Below are positions 62,311-64,000 of a stretch of 64,000 bases of DNA, piece by piece. The position numbers and the translations under genes were made by a program. A model generated the notes under the pieces. The model did no database searches, had not been told where the DNA came from, and saw only the letters and a program-made list of their open reading frames with translations. Source of the stretch: Octopus sinensis (taxonomy: Eukaryota). Where the stretch lies: assembly GCF_006345805.1 (NCBI RefSeq), contig NC_043006.1, forward strand, positions 59,768,001 through 59,832,000. Reading direction: 5' to 3'. Numbering within the stretch: position 1 is the stretch's first letter; every line of letters begins with the position of its first letter.

Positions 62311-62789
62311 TGCTTTTCTTCCGTCAACCTGTACATAACTGCACTTTCCATTTTTTGTTGTTTTTGTACTGCTTAAGGGCACGTTTCTTTCTTGCCAAGT
62401 TTTCTGTTTAAACCATGTTTGTGTTCTCCCAGTCAACAGCCTTATCATTACTGGTACTTTAAATTCTTCGGTTGCATATTTGTGTGAATAAAATCGTTTT
62501 TCTTTGGAATAGAAAAAAAGCCTATGTTTATTTTTTTCTTTTGCTGGTGTCTCAAATTTAGGTTAAATCAGTGTTTCTCAAAGGGGAGGTCTATGGGACG
62601 GTCGGACAAGTTGTTTTGAGAAAATTTGGTTTAAATGTTTGACAACTCAGCACCATCCATTGGACGGGGGGGTGTGTTTTGCTTGTACATAGATAAAGCA
62701 ATATCAGTCATATGCTGGGGTACTGATGGGTTTTATTCAGTTGATCTTACAGGCTTTCGTGAGAAAAATATGACCTTTTTTATTCCCCT

Positions 62790-64000
62790 CACCCCCTTAA
62801 AAATGAGGGAATATGAATTCAGTGTACAGGTAGGAGTTCACCAACGATTAGTTCCCAGCCCCTCTTGTTTATCTTAGTCATGCAGGCCTTAACAGAGGAA
62901 TTTAAAACTAGCTGTTCCTGGGAGCTTCTCTACACTGATGACCTTGTTCTTATAGCTGAATCACTATCTGACCTAGAGAAGTTTCAGATATGGAAGCAAG
63001 GTCTGGAATCTATGGGACTTAGAGTTAATTTAGCAAAAACTAAAGTCCATGTAGGAAAGCAGACAAATCACAAATCACTTTAGGGAGATGGCCCTGCTTG
63101 ATTTGTAAGAAGAGTGTTGGCAGAAACTCCATGTTGTACTCAGTGCAAACTTTGGACATATAAGAGATGCAGTGATATCACAGGAAGGTTAATGGAGAAA
63201 ATAGTCTTTGTGTGTGGCAAATATGAAAGCATAAGAAGCACTAAAAATGTACAGGTAACAGACTTCCTCAAATGCTTGGGGCGATTATTAGAAGATAGCT
63301 TCAGTTACCTAGGTGACCAAGTTAGCAGTGGAAGAAGTTCTGGAAGTTTTAGTTGCTAGAATAAGAACAGGCTGAGCAAAGTTCAGAGAGCTTCTACTTT
63401 TGTCAGTAACAAAGGGCCTCACCTTCAAAGTGAAAGGTAGATTGTATGATGCCTGTGCATATACAGCTATGCTACATGACAGTGAAAAATGAGCGTTGAC
63501 TATAGAGGACTTGTGAAGGCTTGGAAGAAATGAAGCCAGCATGCTCTGCTGGATGGGTAATGTCAGTGTGTACATATGACAGAGTGTAAGTAATTTAAGA
63601 AGAAAACTGGGTATTAGAGGATTGGGATGTTTTGTGCAAGGGAGAAGACTGTGCTGGTTTGGTCATGTGATGCATATGGATGAGGACAGCTGCATAAAGA
63701 AGTGCTGAGCTCTAATGGTGCAGGGAACCTGTGGAAGGGATAGACCCAGAAAGGTTTAGGATGAAGTGGTGGGAAAGGATCCTCTGACACTGGATTTCAC
63801 TGAGGAAATGTTAAGGGATCAGGAGTGGTGGCAATTTGCTGTACTTGGGAAGACACATCAAGCTAAGTAAAATCACTATCATCCATATATACAGGTGCTG
63901 ATGCCGCAAAAAATGCATTTGTACAGGTGCTGCATAAATACATTTGTGCCCATGACACATAAAAAGCAATGAGTATACTTTGTAAAGTGGTTGGCATTAG
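62790..64000 (+). mobile_element. 5'-truncated RTE-clade LINE (RT, C-terminal region and start of the 3' UTR), degenerate
   Basis: FSVQVGVHQ, FILVMQALTEE, ELLYTDDLVLIAES (YADD-like), GLRVNLAKTKV, RLCWFGHVMHMDEDSCIKK; frameshifts and stops. Confidence 0.92.

Overview
AT-rich eukaryotic genomic DNA, most likely a coleoid cephalopod (octopus-type SINE, RTE and microsatellite landscape; this is inference). Two spliced genes lie on the minus strand and are almost invisible to the ORF track. (1) The 5' half of PCCA (mitochondrial propionyl-CoA carboxylase alpha): 9 phase-consistent GT-AG exons from ATG 35526 to 1712, 983 coding nt, continuing past the left edge. (2) The 3' end of an LRRC9-like gene: exons at 57603-57671, 54846-54977, 51086-51257 and a tentative terminal exon at 42993-43105. 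An intact tRNA-Ser(AGA) at 35802-35883 (+) sits head-to-head with PCCA. The rest is dense repeat DNA: several SINE families; RTE, CR1 and Penelope relics; two mariner relics; Merlin-, piggyBac-, hAT-, Ginger-like and Helitron non-autonomous elements; a solo LTR; and a 4.9-kb 23/25-bp satellite filling PCCA intron 4, which explains the two ~1700-aa ORFs. The best leads are a tRNA-headed, TSD-flanked element with a Penelope-type hammerhead core (52972-53373), a second foldback family with a degenerate hammerhead core (~10.1-10.7 kb), a head-to-head MITE dimer forming a 784-bp palindrome, two LINE fragments lacking 3' tails but flanked by TSDs and junction hairpins, an NRF-1/ETS-bearing solo LTR in PCCA intron 1, and an intronic inverted copy of the putative LRRC9 last exon. 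All alignments were done by eye and family names come from recalled consensus features, not database searches.
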